A stretch of DNA of 64,000 nucleotides from Candidatus Bathyarchaeota archaeon (GCA_026014725.1 JAOZHV010000044.1:28272-92271); one strand, 5' to 3'; shown: positions 53,737-63,396, counted from the first letter of the stretch. Notes: generated by a model from the letters alone, not told the origin. A program made the numbers and translations.

Positions 53737-55608
53737 ATGTTTGCTTACGCAGGAAAAATTTTGCATGTTAACCTCACAACTGCAGAAACCAAAACAGAGC
53801 CATTAACCGAAGAAATGGCAAAAAATTATATCGGCGGAATCGGCTTAGGCATCCGCCTACTTATGGATAACTCAAAACCAGGTACCGATGCCTTCGACCC
53901 AGATAACCCATTGATTTACTGCACTGGGCCACTCAGCGGCACCATGGGGCCAACAGCTGGAAACGGCTATGCTGTTGTTTCCAAGTCGCCCTCCACAGGA
54001 GGAGTCGGCGAAGCTAAAGCCCACGGATTTTTTGGTCCTGACCTCAAACGCGCAGGATACGATGCAGTAGTAATCAAGGGCAAAGCACCAAAACTATCTT
54101 ACCTTTGGATTGACGATGACAAGGTTGAAATCCGAAACGCTGAACACCTAAAAAACGCAACCGTTAATGAAACTGACCACAAGATTCGAGATGAACTCGG
54201 CGACTTTTACGTCCGTGTTTCAGCCATCGGTGAAGCTGGAGAGAAACTTTGCAGGTTCGCCGCCATCATAAATGACGAGTTCCGTGCTATCGGACGCTCT
54301 GGAATGGGCGGAGTCATGGGCTCAAAGAACCTCAAAGCAGTTGCTGTAAGAGGAACCAAAGACGTAAACGTTGCAAACCTCGACGGCTTCAAAGAATACA
54401 TCAAAATGATTCATGAACGTATGAAGGGTCCAGCAACCAAGAAGTACAAGACCTTGGGCACACCCGAAAACGTACTAGTTCTTAACTCGCTTTCAGCCCT
54501 TGCAACAAGAAACTGGACCAACGCAACTTTTGAAGGTGCACAGAAAGTCAGTGGCGAATACCTAAACGAACATTATGTAAAGAAAATCGTGGGTTGCGCA
54601 ACTTGCGGTATGCGTTGCGACCACATTGCTGTGGTACCAGAAGGACCCTACAAAGGTTCAACTTCACGCTTAGAGTTCGAGTGCCTCTGGAGCATGGGTC
54701 CACTCTGCGGTATTGACCGGCTAGACGCAATTATCGAAGCTATGCGCATAGTCAACGAGTACGGCATGGACGGCATCAGCATCGGCGTCGTGGTAGCTTT
54801 CGCAATGGACTGCTATGAGCATGGCGTAATCACCAAAGAACAAACCGACGGCATAGACCTCCGCTTCGGAAACGCTGAAGCATTAATCGCCATAATCCAC
54901 AAAATCGGCAAACGTGAAGGCTGGCTCGGAAACGCCCTAGCTGAAGGTGTCGCAAAAGCCGCAGAAATCATCGGCGGAGACGCCTACAAGTACGCTTGCC
55001 ACATTAAAGGCTTAGAACTTCCAGGATACGACCTCAGAACCCTAAAGACCGCGGCATTAGGCTTTAGTGTCTCGTTCCGTGGAGCATGCCACCTAAGAAA
55101 CGGCGCCTACTCCCCAGACGTCAAAGGCAAAGTGAACCGCTTCAAGATTGAACCAGGACGCGGCAAGATGATTACTGACGAGAGCCACATGTACAACATC
55201 ATCGACTCGCTGATTGTTTGCAAGTTCAGCAGAGGAACATACTACGACGGTTGGAAAGACCTTGCCAACTATTACACGCTTGCAACTGGCATCCCAATTA
55301 CACCTGAAGAAATGACCCAAAGCGGTGACAGAATCGAAAACCTCGCCAGACTCTTCAACATACGCGAAGGCAAAGGCACAAGAAAATACGACACACTACC
55401 ATGGAAGATAAAGAACTGCCCAGTACCAGACGAGGGACCAGCAAAAGGCGTCGCCGTAAGCGAAGAAGAATTCCAAATCGGCTTAGATGACTACTACAAA
55501 GCACGCGGCTGGACAGTTGACGGAGTGCCCACAGTTGAGAAACTCCAATCACTTGGTCTTGGCGACTTAGCATACATTGCTGAAAACGCAGCTAAAGGAG
55601 GCGCCTAA
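53737..55608 (+). CDS. aor: aldehyde:ferredoxin oxidoreductase family protein (tungstopterin enzyme), copy 1
   Basis: 623 aa. N-terminal AGKILHVNLTT...YIGGIGLG, GPLSGT and the Cys cluster context CATCGMRCDH are typical of the AOR family. Confidence 0.9.
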   Translation: MFAYAGKILHVNLTTAETKTEPLTEEMAKNYIGGIGLGIRLLMDNSKPGTDAFDPDNPLIYCTGPLSGTMGPTAGNGYAVVSKSPSTGGVGEAKAHGFFGPDLKRAGYDAVVIKGKAPKLSYLWIDDDKVEIRNAEHLKNATVNETDHKIRDELGDFYVRVSAIGEAGEKLCRFAAIINDEFRAIGRSGMGGVMGSKNLKAVAVRGTKDVNVANLDGFKEYIKMIHERMKGPATKKYKTLGTPENVLVLNSLSALATRNWTNATFEGAQKVSGEYLNEHYVKKIVGCATCGMRCDHIAVVPEGPYKGSTSRLEFECLWSMGPLCGIDRLDAIIEAMRIVNEYGMDGISIGVVVAFAMDCYEHGVITKEQTDGIDLRFGNAEALIAIIHKIGKREGWLGNALAEGVAKAAEIIGGDAYKYACHIKGLELPGYDLRTLKTAALGFSVSFRGACHLRNGAYSPDVKGKVNRFKIEPGRGKMITDESHMYNIIDSLIVCKFSRGTYYDGWKDLANYYTLATGIPITPEEMTQSGDRIENLARLFNIREGKGTRKYDTLPWKIKNCPVPDEGPAKGVAVSEEEFQIGLDDYYKARGWTVDGVPTVEKLQSLGLGDLAYIAENAAKGGA

Positions 55609-55609
55609 A

Positions 55610-56128
55610 ATGGTACGCCCACAAGACAGAAAATTCGTAACAGCAGACCCAGAAAAATGTATAGGCTGTTGTGTCTGTGAATACGCTTGCAGTATGGTTA
55701 ACGAAAAAACTTTCAATCCGACTAAATCCCGCATCCGAGCTATGCGCATCGGACCACTAACCAACCTAGCCATCACTTGCAGACACTGCGAAGACCCAGC
55801 ATGTGTAGCCGCTTGCCCAAGAGATGCATTAAGTCAAGAAGAAAACACCGGCATTATCAGAGTAGACGAAAATGCCTGCAACGGTTGCGGATGGTGCATC
55901 AGCGCCTGCCAATTCGGTGCAATGAACATGCATCCAGAAAAGAAAGTCGTATTCACTTGCAACAGTTGCACAGACACCGAGTTCAAAGACGAAGGGCCTC
56001 AATGTGTCAAATGGTGCCCAGAAGAAGCACTAACATACGTCACGGCAGAGACATTGGCGCAGAAGTACCGACAGAAAGCTGTCAAGAACCTGTTCCAAAC
56101 AGCTGAAGAAAAAGCCAAAACAAAATAA
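55610..56128 (+). CDS. 4Fe-4S dicluster ferredoxin-domain protein, AOR partner, copy 1
   Basis: The ATG at 55610 follows AAAGGAGG. CIGCCVCEYAC, CRHCEDPACVAACP and CNGCGWCISAC cluster motifs. Confidence 0.85.
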   Translation: MVRPQDRKFVTADPEKCIGCCVCEYACSMVNEKTFNPTKSRIRAMRIGPLTNLAITCRHCEDPACVAACPRDALSQEENTGIIRVDENACNGCGWCISACQFGAMNMHPEKKVVFTCNSCTDTEFKDEGPQCVKWCPEEALTYVTAETLAQKYRQKAVKNLFQTAEEKAKTK

Positions 56129-56199
56129 AAAATAAAACTTCTAGCGCTTTTTTTATAGCGCTTCTATTTTTAATTTAAGTTCTAAATAGATGTGCTTCT

Positions 56200-56607
56200 T
56201 CAGGCTATGCTTGTTATGAAATGAATCGCTAAGATGTGTCCTTTGTAAGCCATTGGGCAGATAACCATAGTTGAATTTGCAGTGGTTTCATCCTTTTTCT
56301 TCCAGGTAACGTTGATAGTAGAAGCGTTGAAATTGTCTGTTGCATTCCAGTAAGCGGTTGCCACTTTTTCTCGACTTTTCTCATCAACATATAAATCCAA
56401 AAATCCTGAGGGTTTAGCCCATTCTTGCGGCGATTTGTATCCTAAGAAACTTGCGAATCTTTGGTTGCAGATTTTGTGGTTGTCATCTAAATAGATATAG
56501 ATAGGTTGCTTTGAAGCATCTAAAATTTCTTTCAGTTGAGTGTACAATCCGTTGACAATTTCTTCGTGATGTTGCCCATCCGTCTTCTGAACACTACTTT
56601 TAGACAT
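56200..56607 (-). CDS. PAS-like domain protein
   Basis: Start at MSKSSVQ (ATG 56605-56607). PIYIYLDDNHKICNQRFASFLGYKSPQEW ... INVTWKKKD resembles a single PAS fold. Confidence 0.5.
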   Translation of the reverse strand: MSKSSVQKTDGQHHEEIVNGLYTQLKEILDASKQPIYIYLDDNHKICNQRFASFLGYKSPQEWAKPSGFLDLYVDEKSREKVATAYWNATDNFNASTINVTWKKKDETTANSTMVICPMAYKGHILAIHFITSIA

Positions 56608-56855
56608 ATAATCAACCTTTCTTTCGTTAAATTTCACAGTAAATAAGTTAAATAACAAAATTGGTGCTTTTAAAGAAATGTGATTGTGGCAAAGCAGTAA
56701 CAAACAAGAAATCAATGACCTGATTGATCAAAAAGCAACCTAATCAAAAGACTTGTAAGCTACCCACCTGTCATCAAAGACATCGAACGGCTTGTTCTAA
56801 AAAATAGTAATATTAACGCAAAGAAAGTTAAGTAGCAGATAAGAGGAAAGTTTGA

Positions 56856-57227
56856 ATGTTACGAATTAGCAAAATCGCAATTTTGGCACTTGCTTTAGTG
56901 TTGACGATTGTTGGTGTTTCAGTAGTTGTTGCAGGTTTATTTAACAATTCAACTAAAGCTACCTTTACCTGCAACGCTTGTACTAAGTATGCTTTTGATT
57001 TTTCGGTCGGGGTTAATTTGAACGATGGGATGGATAGCTCTGAAGCAACGCTGGTGGCAATTGCACTTTTCGAGCATGAGATGAACGATAAGGAATATGC
57101 GGTTAAGGAAACCAAATCTAACAGTGATGGCATTTGGACGGTTTATTTGTTATGGGACGGGAATCACTACTTTAATGTGCATGTTAATGCTACTGCTAGA
57201 ACGGTTGAGTATGATAGGTGCTACTGA
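56856..57227 (+). CDS. small N-terminally anchored protein, function unknown
   Basis: 123 aa. TM IAILALALVLTIVGVSVVVAGL. No motif recognised. Confidence 0.45.
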   Translation: MLRISKIAILALALVLTIVGVSVVVAGLFNNSTKATFTCNACTKYAFDFSVGVNLNDGMDSSEATLVAIALFEHEMNDKEYAVKETKSNSDGIWTVYLLWDGNHYFNVHVNATARTVEYDRCY

Positions 57228-57289
57228 GCGTAGAAAAAAGCAGTTTCTAAGAACAGATAATAAAACTTAAAATTATTGGACTGCTAAAT

Positions 57290-57577
57290 TTAGCCGCCTG
57301 TCATGAGCGACATCAAAATAATGTTGTCGCCATTTTTTAGCGGTGTGTTTACGCCTTGAAGCTGATCCATTAAAACGCCGTTTACCATGGTGACGAAGGT
57401 TGACTTCATTTCTTTCTTGGCGGGGTCGTAGACTTCTTGGATGAATTGTTTGCCGTAGGTGTTGGCGATTTGGTCGAGCAGTTGCCCTACGGTTGCATTT
57501 TCGTTTAGTGTTATGTCTTCTTGGTTTTTGTTTGTGTATGTCTTTACTAGGCTGATGTAGTGCACTTTGATTTGCAT
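57290..57577 (-). CDS. MoaD/ThiS-family ubiquitin-like small protein ending in Gly-Gly
   Basis: 95 aa. Beta-grasp-like pattern with the C-terminus ...NGDNIILMSLMTGG. Confidence 0.75.
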   Translation of the reverse strand: MQIKVHYISLVKTYTNKNQEDITLNENATVGQLLDQIANTYGKQFIQEVYDPAKKEMKSTFVTMVNGVLMDQLQGVNTPLKNGDNIILMSLMTGG

Positions 57578-57735
57578 GGGTTCTCAAATTATTGATTGCT
57601 ATGGGCTTCTCATATGTCTTTTCTCTTTACGAAACAGTTTCAACTTGAGTTTTACATTAAGGAATCGTTGTGACTGTTTATACATGACGATGAAACTGAG
57701 CGTTCAGGAAAGCCATGGATTCTAAGATAAACATC

Positions 57736-57767
57736 CCATTAACTTAATATAGCATTCAACTGACTAA
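57736..57767 (+). promoter_or_regulatory. conserved promoter element upstream of AOR copy 2
   Basis: ccattaacttaatatagcattcaactgactaa. It ends 27 nt before the TTG start at 57794, which is preceded by GGAGGAAGAAGG. Confidence 0.6.
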
Positions 57768-57793
57768 ATACTCAAAATATTGGAGGAAGAAGG

Positions 57794-59650
57794 TTGCTCG
57801 GTTACGCAGGAAAAATCCTCTATGTTGATTTATCCACAGGCAAGGCAAAAACAGAAAAACTAAGCGATGAAGTCGCCAGAAAATATGTTGGCGGAATCGG
57901 CTTAGCCATGAAACTTTACTTATCCAACTCAAAAGCAGGCGTAGACCCGCTAAGCGCTGAAAACCCATTAGTTTTAGCCGTTGGACCATTATCAGGAACA
58001 ATGTTCCCAACAGGCGGAAACGGACACACTTTCATATCAAAATCACCCGCAACAAACGGTGTCGGCGAAGCAGTAAGCCACGGCACCTTTGGAGCAGAAA
58101 TAAAACGCGCAGGGTACGATGCCATAGTTTTTACAGGAAAAGCTGACAGACCTGTTTACCTCTGGATTGACGATGACTCAGTCCAGTTACTTGACGCCTC
58201 AAATGTTTGGGGCAAATCACCCTCAGAAACCGAGGACACCCTCAAAGACGAACTCGGCGACTACTACATCCGTGTAGCGTCAATCGGTTTAGCAGGCGAG
58301 AAACAATCAAAAATCGCCAATATAATTAATGAGAAAACTAGAGCGGCAGGAAGAACTGGTCTTGGCGCTGTTATGGGTAGCAAAAACCTCAAAGCAATCG
58401 CGGTGAGAGGAACACAAGACATAACCGTAGCTAAACCAGAAGAATTCATAGAAATGGTCAAGGAATTTCATGAACGCATGAAGGGACCAGCCGCGCAGAA
58501 ATACCGCACCTTGGGCACACCTGAGAACATCATGATTCAAAACGCTCTGTTCTGTATGCCAACCCGTAACTACAACAACGCCCACTTCGAGAAAGCCGAG
58601 AACGTTAGCGGAGAAACCCTAAACGAACGCTACATAGCAAAAATAATCGCTTGCAACTCATGCGCCATGCGGTGCGAACACGAAGCCGTCATCCGCGAAG
58701 GACCCTACAAGGGCACGCTAGCACGCATGGAGTACGATAATATTTGGGCGCTTGGACCAAACTGCGGCATAGACAAGCTAGACGCCATAATCAAAGCTGC
58801 TGAACTCTGCAACTACTATGGTTTGGACGCCCAGAGCACTGGAGTTACCATCAGTTTCCTAATGGATTGCCACGAAAAAGGTCTACTTACACATGGGCAA
58901 CTTGAAGGCATCGACCCTCACTTTGGCAATTCAGAAGCACTTATCCAATTAATTGAGAAAATGGGCAAACGTGAAGGCATCGGAGAAACCCTTGCTGACG
59001 GCGTCAAGGTTGCAGCGGAAAAAATCGGCAAGAACTCAACTGAGCTTGCACAACACATCAAAGGTTTAGAAGTCACAGGTTATGACCTGCGTTGCCTCAA
59101 AACCACCGCGTTAGCAGCCGCTGTTTCTTTCCGTGGAGCAGACCACAACCGAAGCGCCGCATACACCATAGACTTGAAAGGCAAAGTTAACCGCCTCAAA
59201 GCCGAAAAAGGACGAGGCAAACTTGTTAAAGAAGCGGAAGATATCTTTGCATTGATTGATTCATTCATTATCTGCAAGAATGCCAAAGGCACCCTTTACA
59301 AAGAACTCGCCGACATGGCAAAACTCTACAGCCTAGTTACAGGCGCAGAGGTAACTGCTGAAGAACTCAGCGTTGCTGGCGAACGCATAAACACCTTAGC
59401 CAAACTAATCAACCTGCGAGAAGGATTAACACGCGAAGATGACACCCTGCCTTGGAAGGTTATGAATCAACCCATTCCAGATGATGGACCAGTCAAAGGC
59501 GCCGTAGTAACTCAAGAGGAACTGGATTTGCTCTTGGACGATTATTACCAAGCCAGAGGCTGGACGCTGGAAGGCGTGCCGACTAAAGCTAAGCTCAACG
59601 ACTTAGGTCTAGAAGAATATTCAAGTTTAATCAAAGCAAACGAGGCATAA
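57794..59650 (+). CDS. aor: aldehyde:ferredoxin oxidoreductase family protein, copy 2
   Basis: 618 aa. Colinear with copy 1 (AGKILYVDLST, GPLSGT, CNSCAMRCEH). Confidence 0.9.
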   Translation: MLGYAGKILYVDLSTGKAKTEKLSDEVARKYVGGIGLAMKLYLSNSKAGVDPLSAENPLVLAVGPLSGTMFPTGGNGHTFISKSPATNGVGEAVSHGTFGAEIKRAGYDAIVFTGKADRPVYLWIDDDSVQLLDASNVWGKSPSETEDTLKDELGDYYIRVASIGLAGEKQSKIANIINEKTRAAGRTGLGAVMGSKNLKAIAVRGTQDITVAKPEEFIEMVKEFHERMKGPAAQKYRTLGTPENIMIQNALFCMPTRNYNNAHFEKAENVSGETLNERYIAKIIACNSCAMRCEHEAVIREGPYKGTLARMEYDNIWALGPNCGIDKLDAIIKAAELCNYYGLDAQSTGVTISFLMDCHEKGLLTHGQLEGIDPHFGNSEALIQLIEKMGKREGIGETLADGVKVAAEKIGKNSTELAQHIKGLEVTGYDLRCLKTTALAAAVSFRGADHNRSAAYTIDLKGKVNRLKAEKGRGKLVKEAEDIFALIDSFIICKNAKGTLYKELADMAKLYSLVTGAEVTAEELSVAGERINTLAKLINLREGLTREDDTLPWKVMNQPIPDDGPVKGAVVTQEELDLLLDDYYQARGWTLEGVPTKAKLNDLGLEEYSSLIKANEA

Positions 59651-59655
59651 AAGCA

Positions 59656-60159
59656 ATGGTAAAGATTCATGAGAGAAAATTTGTTTCCGCTGACCCCGAA
59701 AAATGCGTAGGCTGCCAAATCTGCGAGTACGCTTGCTCATTTACCAAAGAAAAAGCCTTCAACCCGCTCAAATCACGCATCCGCGTAGTCAGAGTTAACC
59801 AGTTAGCCAACATGGCAGTAACATGCCGACTCTGCGAAGAACCAGCATGCGTAGCCGCCTGTCCGAGAGATGCTCTAAAGCAAGATGAAGAAACAGGCAC
59901 CATAATTCTCGATAAGGACAAGTGTAACGGTTGCGGCTGGTGCATTGAAGCTTGCGATTACGGCGCCATGATGTTGCATCCAGAAACAAAAATCGTGTAT
60001 GTTTGTGACATGTGCAAAGACAAGGCTGATGGTCCTCAATGCGTCAAATGGTGTCCTGAAGAAGCCTTGACGATTGTTACAAGCGATACTTTAGCTCAAA
60101 AAGCAAGAATTGGCGCAATCCGCAAACTATTCCAAGAGTCAAAAAAGGAAAAGCAATAG
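59656..60159 (+). CDS. 4Fe-4S dicluster ferredoxin-domain protein, AOR partner, copy 2
   Basis: CVGCQICEYAC, CRLCEEPACVAACP and CNGCGWCIEAC. Colinear with 55610-56128. Confidence 0.85.
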   Translation: MVKIHERKFVSADPEKCVGCQICEYACSFTKEKAFNPLKSRIRVVRVNQLANMAVTCRLCEEPACVAACPRDALKQDEETGTIILDKDKCNGCGWCIEACDYGAMMLHPETKIVYVCDMCKDKADGPQCVKWCPEEALTIVTSDTLAQKARIGAIRKLFQESKKEKQ

Positions 60160-60231
60160 ACAAGGGCAGTTTTTCGCCCAAACTTTTAATTTAGCTCTAA
60201 AAAGAGTAAAGAAAAAGCAGTAATCCCTTTT

Positions 60232-60381
60232 TTACATTGTACTCTCAGAATGCTCTTCCATGCAGTGCGCCTCATAATCCTCTCTGGTGTCGTACTCTTG
60301 GTTGTCAGCTTTGCATCTGAATTTGCCCCCTGCAGTCCTCTCTGGCTCAGGAATATTCGACCGTTTAGACTCCAAAATCAA
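60232..60381 (-). CDS. candidate 49-aa small ORF with a strong Shine-Dalgarno-like sequence (TTG start)
   Basis: My own translation: LILESKRSNIPEPERTAGGKFRCKADNQEYDTREDYEAHCMEEHSESTM, preceded by GGAGGTGA. Downstream of and co-oriented with the PadR gene. Confidence 0.25.
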   Translation of the reverse strand: MILESKRSNIPEPERTAGGKFRCKADNQEYDTREDYEAHCMEEHSESTM

Positions 60382-60482
60382 TCACCTCCAAAAACGCTTT
60401 GAAAAACTAATTTTTTATTCGGTAAAAAATTTTTAAATATATGTGACTGTTACCAAACAATCATAAAAAGGCGAAGTTCAAA

Positions 60483-60815
60483 TTACGATAAAATATTTGA
60501 TACCAATTCTTGTATCTGGCTGCTCGCCATCACAGTTGAGACTAATTTTTTTTCTCCTTCCTCGGTTAAACAGTAAATTCTACCGTTATCGTCTCCCTCA
60601 CCTTTAATGAGGTTTTTTCTCTCAAGCAGGTAGATTTGGTGATAGATTGTTCCAGGGCTAAATAGGACATCAAATTCTTCATGCAAGTGCCTGAGAATCT
60701 GGTAACCACTGCTAAGCGAGTGCTCTTTCAAATATTTTAGAATTAGGATGTCCGCGAAGCTTTTTATTGTTCTAGATTTCAAATCTTCGCAGTGTCGCAG
60801 TTTCATTTCATTCAC
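60483..60815 (-). CDS. PadR-family transcriptional regulator
   Basis: ILILKYLKEHSLSSGYQILRHLHEEFDVLFSPGTIYHQIYLLERKNLIKGE is the PadR wHTH signature. Confidence 0.8.
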   Translation of the reverse strand: MNEMKLRHCEDLKSRTIKSFADILILKYLKEHSLSSGYQILRHLHEEFDVLFSPGTIYHQIYLLERKNLIKGEGDDNGRIYCLTEEGEKKLVSTVMASSQIQELVSNILS

Positions 60816-60964
60816 TCTGCCCTGTGACTGTTTGCATTATTACTAGGGTTGATTTATAAGGTGGTGTGTATGTAGCACTACAGTTACACAACCAATGTCG
60901 TGTCTGGGCAGCAAGCGACACACCGATAAGCTGGGTAATCTGCTGAAAGGGGAACACCGGGAGA

Positions 60965-62239
60965 TTGTTACCGTCAGTGCTAGTGGTTGAGGACGACGAT
61001 TTTACACGTGAAACGTTATCCATTATATTAAAGTCAAAAGATTACGATGTTACTACTACATCAAGCGTTGACCAAGCATTAGCTGTTCTTAAAAACAGAC
61101 GTTTCGATGTCTTGATAATGGCAACTAAACTTTTAGGAAAAGACCATGCGCGTCTGCAATCCTTAGGCGATTTTGCTTCAGACACGATAAAAATTATGAT
61201 AACAGCTTACCCTTCTAAATTCACTAGTACTCAAGCATTAGCCTTAGGTGCTGACGCTTACATAGTTAAGCCTATTGACCCTGAAGACCTACTAAAAACC
61301 ATCCGAACAAAACTTGATGAACGCATCAAAGATATAGATTTCACTCTAGAAAATAAGAAATGGTTAAGCGATTCGCTTTCAAAAAAAATTGACCCTGTCG
61401 AGTTTAAACACTATCTAGAGCACATGGTAGAGCAACTAATCAGCTTTGGCTTAACAGCTAATCAGGCAAAGGTCTATGTTACGTTGGTAGCGATTGAACC
61501 TGCCCCTGCATCGAAAATAGCAGCTGTTTGTGGAATTAGGCGAGAGGAGGTTTACCGTGTCTTACCTGATTTGCTGAAGCTGGGGATAGTTTCAAAAAAA
61601 ATAGGGAATCCAGTATCTTATTTTGCTATGCCGCCAGAGAATAGCATTGAGATTTTGATGAAAGCAAAACTCAAGAAAGCGACTGAAGAGCTAAACAACT
61701 TGGCCAATAAGAGAGACATCTTAGTTACCCACATGAAGCGGTTGGAAGTATCTTCCAGCAAAGAGACAAAGTCAATAGAGAGCATTCAAGATATAGAAAA
61801 ACTGTTAGAACGATTTAAAAAATCTGCCTCCACGGCAAAAAATAGCATTGATGTTATGGTGCCTATGGGAATCTTGCAGTTTGGTCAGCTTAATATTGGT
61901 TACTTGATCTCTGAACTATTTGCGCGAAAAATTCGAGTCCGAATAATCGTCGATAAGACTGCAATTGCGCCCTGCTCTTCTTGGATTAACACCGCTATAA
62001 AAAATGACACTTTAAACTTAGATATAGCTAAATTGGTTGATTTACGTTTCATTGATGAAATGCCGTTTCATGTGGTTCTCATTGACGATGCTGAAGTGAT
62101 TTGGGGAAAGTTTAATGTTAATGAAGATGGCAGTTGCCTTTGGACTAATCTTCCGTATCATGTTCAATTAGTAAAAACAGCGTTTGACGCACTATGGCAC
62201 AAAAGCACGAGCTTGGAAGAGATAAAAACAAGAGTTTAG
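60965..62239 (+). CDS. response-regulator receiver domain fused to a TrmB-family HTH/effector module; the receiver appears to lack the phospho-acceptor Asp
   Basis: REC: VLVVEDDD ... FDVLIMATKLLGKD ... IMITAY ... YIVKP. TrmB HTH: FGLTANQAKVYVTLVAIEPAPASKIAAVCGIRREEVYRVLPDLLKLGIV. Confidence 0.75.
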   Translation: MLPSVLVVEDDDFTRETLSIILKSKDYDVTTTSSVDQALAVLKNRRFDVLIMATKLLGKDHARLQSLGDFASDTIKIMITAYPSKFTSTQALALGADAYIVKPIDPEDLLKTIRTKLDERIKDIDFTLENKKWLSDSLSKKIDPVEFKHYLEHMVEQLISFGLTANQAKVYVTLVAIEPAPASKIAAVCGIRREEVYRVLPDLLKLGIVSKKIGNPVSYFAMPPENSIEILMKAKLKKATEELNNLANKRDILVTHMKRLEVSSSKETKSIESIQDIEKLLERFKKSASTAKNSIDVMVPMGILQFGQLNIGYLISELFARKIRVRIIVDKTAIAPCSSWINTAIKNDTLNLDIAKLVDLRFIDEMPFHVVLIDDAEVIWGKFNVNEDGSCLWTNLPYHVQLVKTAFDALWHKSTSLEEIKTRV

Positions 62240-63396
62240 CAGCTAAAAAAAGTACAGTAAGCTCAAAAAAACAGTCTTTTCCATCAACGGTGAAAACCAA
62301 AAATGAAGACTTTGTAGCAACGGTCGGCATTGAGGCGTTTAACCTCTTGTTTGAAGAAATCGATAGCCCAATTTTGATTATTCAAGATGGAAAAATTGTA
62401 TTCATAAACAAGAAGGGCTGGGAAAAATTCGGGTATACTAATGACGACACAATAGGTAAAAGGGTTGAACATCTCGTTGCAAAACGAGTAGAAAAATCCT
62501 CGCAAGAGTTGACTATTAATGCGTACCCTGAGGTATTATCTGGAAGGTCCATGTCGCATCTTACGATTCCAGTTATTGCTGAAAGCGGCGAGTTAATACC
62601 TGTAGAACCAAAAACCGCAATAATAGAATACAATTACAAGCCAGCGCTTCTTGTGGTTGCACGTGATTTAAGGCAAGAAGCATTGCAGCATGAAAAATCT
62701 TCAGAAGAGTTGGCAACTACGACTATGCTAGTACATGCTGTAGCTGAAAATCTTAAAAATCCAATGCAATCTGTAAAAAACGCGACGTACTATTTTTCGC
62801 AGCAACTAAGGGGCACTCAACAATATCATTATGGAGCTAATCAAGAGTATTATCGTCATTACGATACAGCTACAAAAATACTGGAAATTGTTGATAACGC
62901 GATTAATCGGGCAGACAAAGCAGTCAAAACTCTTTTAGAATACACAGATAATAAACCAGTAAAATTGCAACCACTTGACATTAAAGCGTTATTGGAAGAT
63001 GCTGTAAGTGCAGTTGGCACGACAAAAAACGTCAAGATTGACATGCGCGAAGGTGAGTTGCCTTTAATAAAAGCGGATAGACAGGATGTTGTTTGTGCCT
63101 TCAGTAAATTAATAGAGTTCTGTGCTCAATTCAACCGTGAAGGCGGTATTTTAACCGTCTCGGCGGTTGAAAGAGATGAATTTGTTGAAGTCTTCTTCGA
63201 CTGCTCTGGAATGTTCATATCCCATGAGAGATTTGATAGCGTCTTTAAACCATTTTACATGTTTAATGATATATTTTTGGGGATGGCGCTTCCTATTTGT
63301 AAACGGTTTGTTGAAAGAAACGGTGGTACAGTAAAATTGGGTAATATTCAGGAAAAGGAGACAGTGTTTATAGTTAGATTGCCCTGTATCTGTTGA
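62194..63396 (+). CDS. PAS-domain histidine-kinase-like protein with degenerate H-box and ATP-binding motifs
   Basis: PAS: SPILIIQDGKIVFINKKGWEKFGYTNDD. H-box-like LVHAVAENLKNPMQSV. HATPase_c-like C-terminus (VFKPFYMF, FLGMALPICKRFVERNGGTV). The start may instead be the GTG at 62290. Confidence 0.7.
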   Translation: MAQKHELGRDKNKSLAAKKSTVSSKKQSFPSTVKTKNEDFVATVGIEAFNLLFEEIDSPILIIQDGKIVFINKKGWEKFGYTNDDTIGKRVEHLVAKRVEKSSQELTINAYPEVLSGRSMSHLTIPVIAESGELIPVEPKTAIIEYNYKPALLVVARDLRQEALQHEKSSEELATTTMLVHAVAENLKNPMQSVKNATYYFSQQLRGTQQYHYGANQEYYRHYDTATKILEIVDNAINRADKAVKTLLEYTDNKPVKLQPLDIKALLEDAVSAVGTTKNVKIDMREGELPLIKADRQDVVCAFSKLIEFCAQFNREGGILTVSAVERDEFVEVFFDCSGMFISHERFDSVFKPFYMFNDIFLGMALPICKRFVERNGGTVKLGNIQEKETVFIVRLPCIC

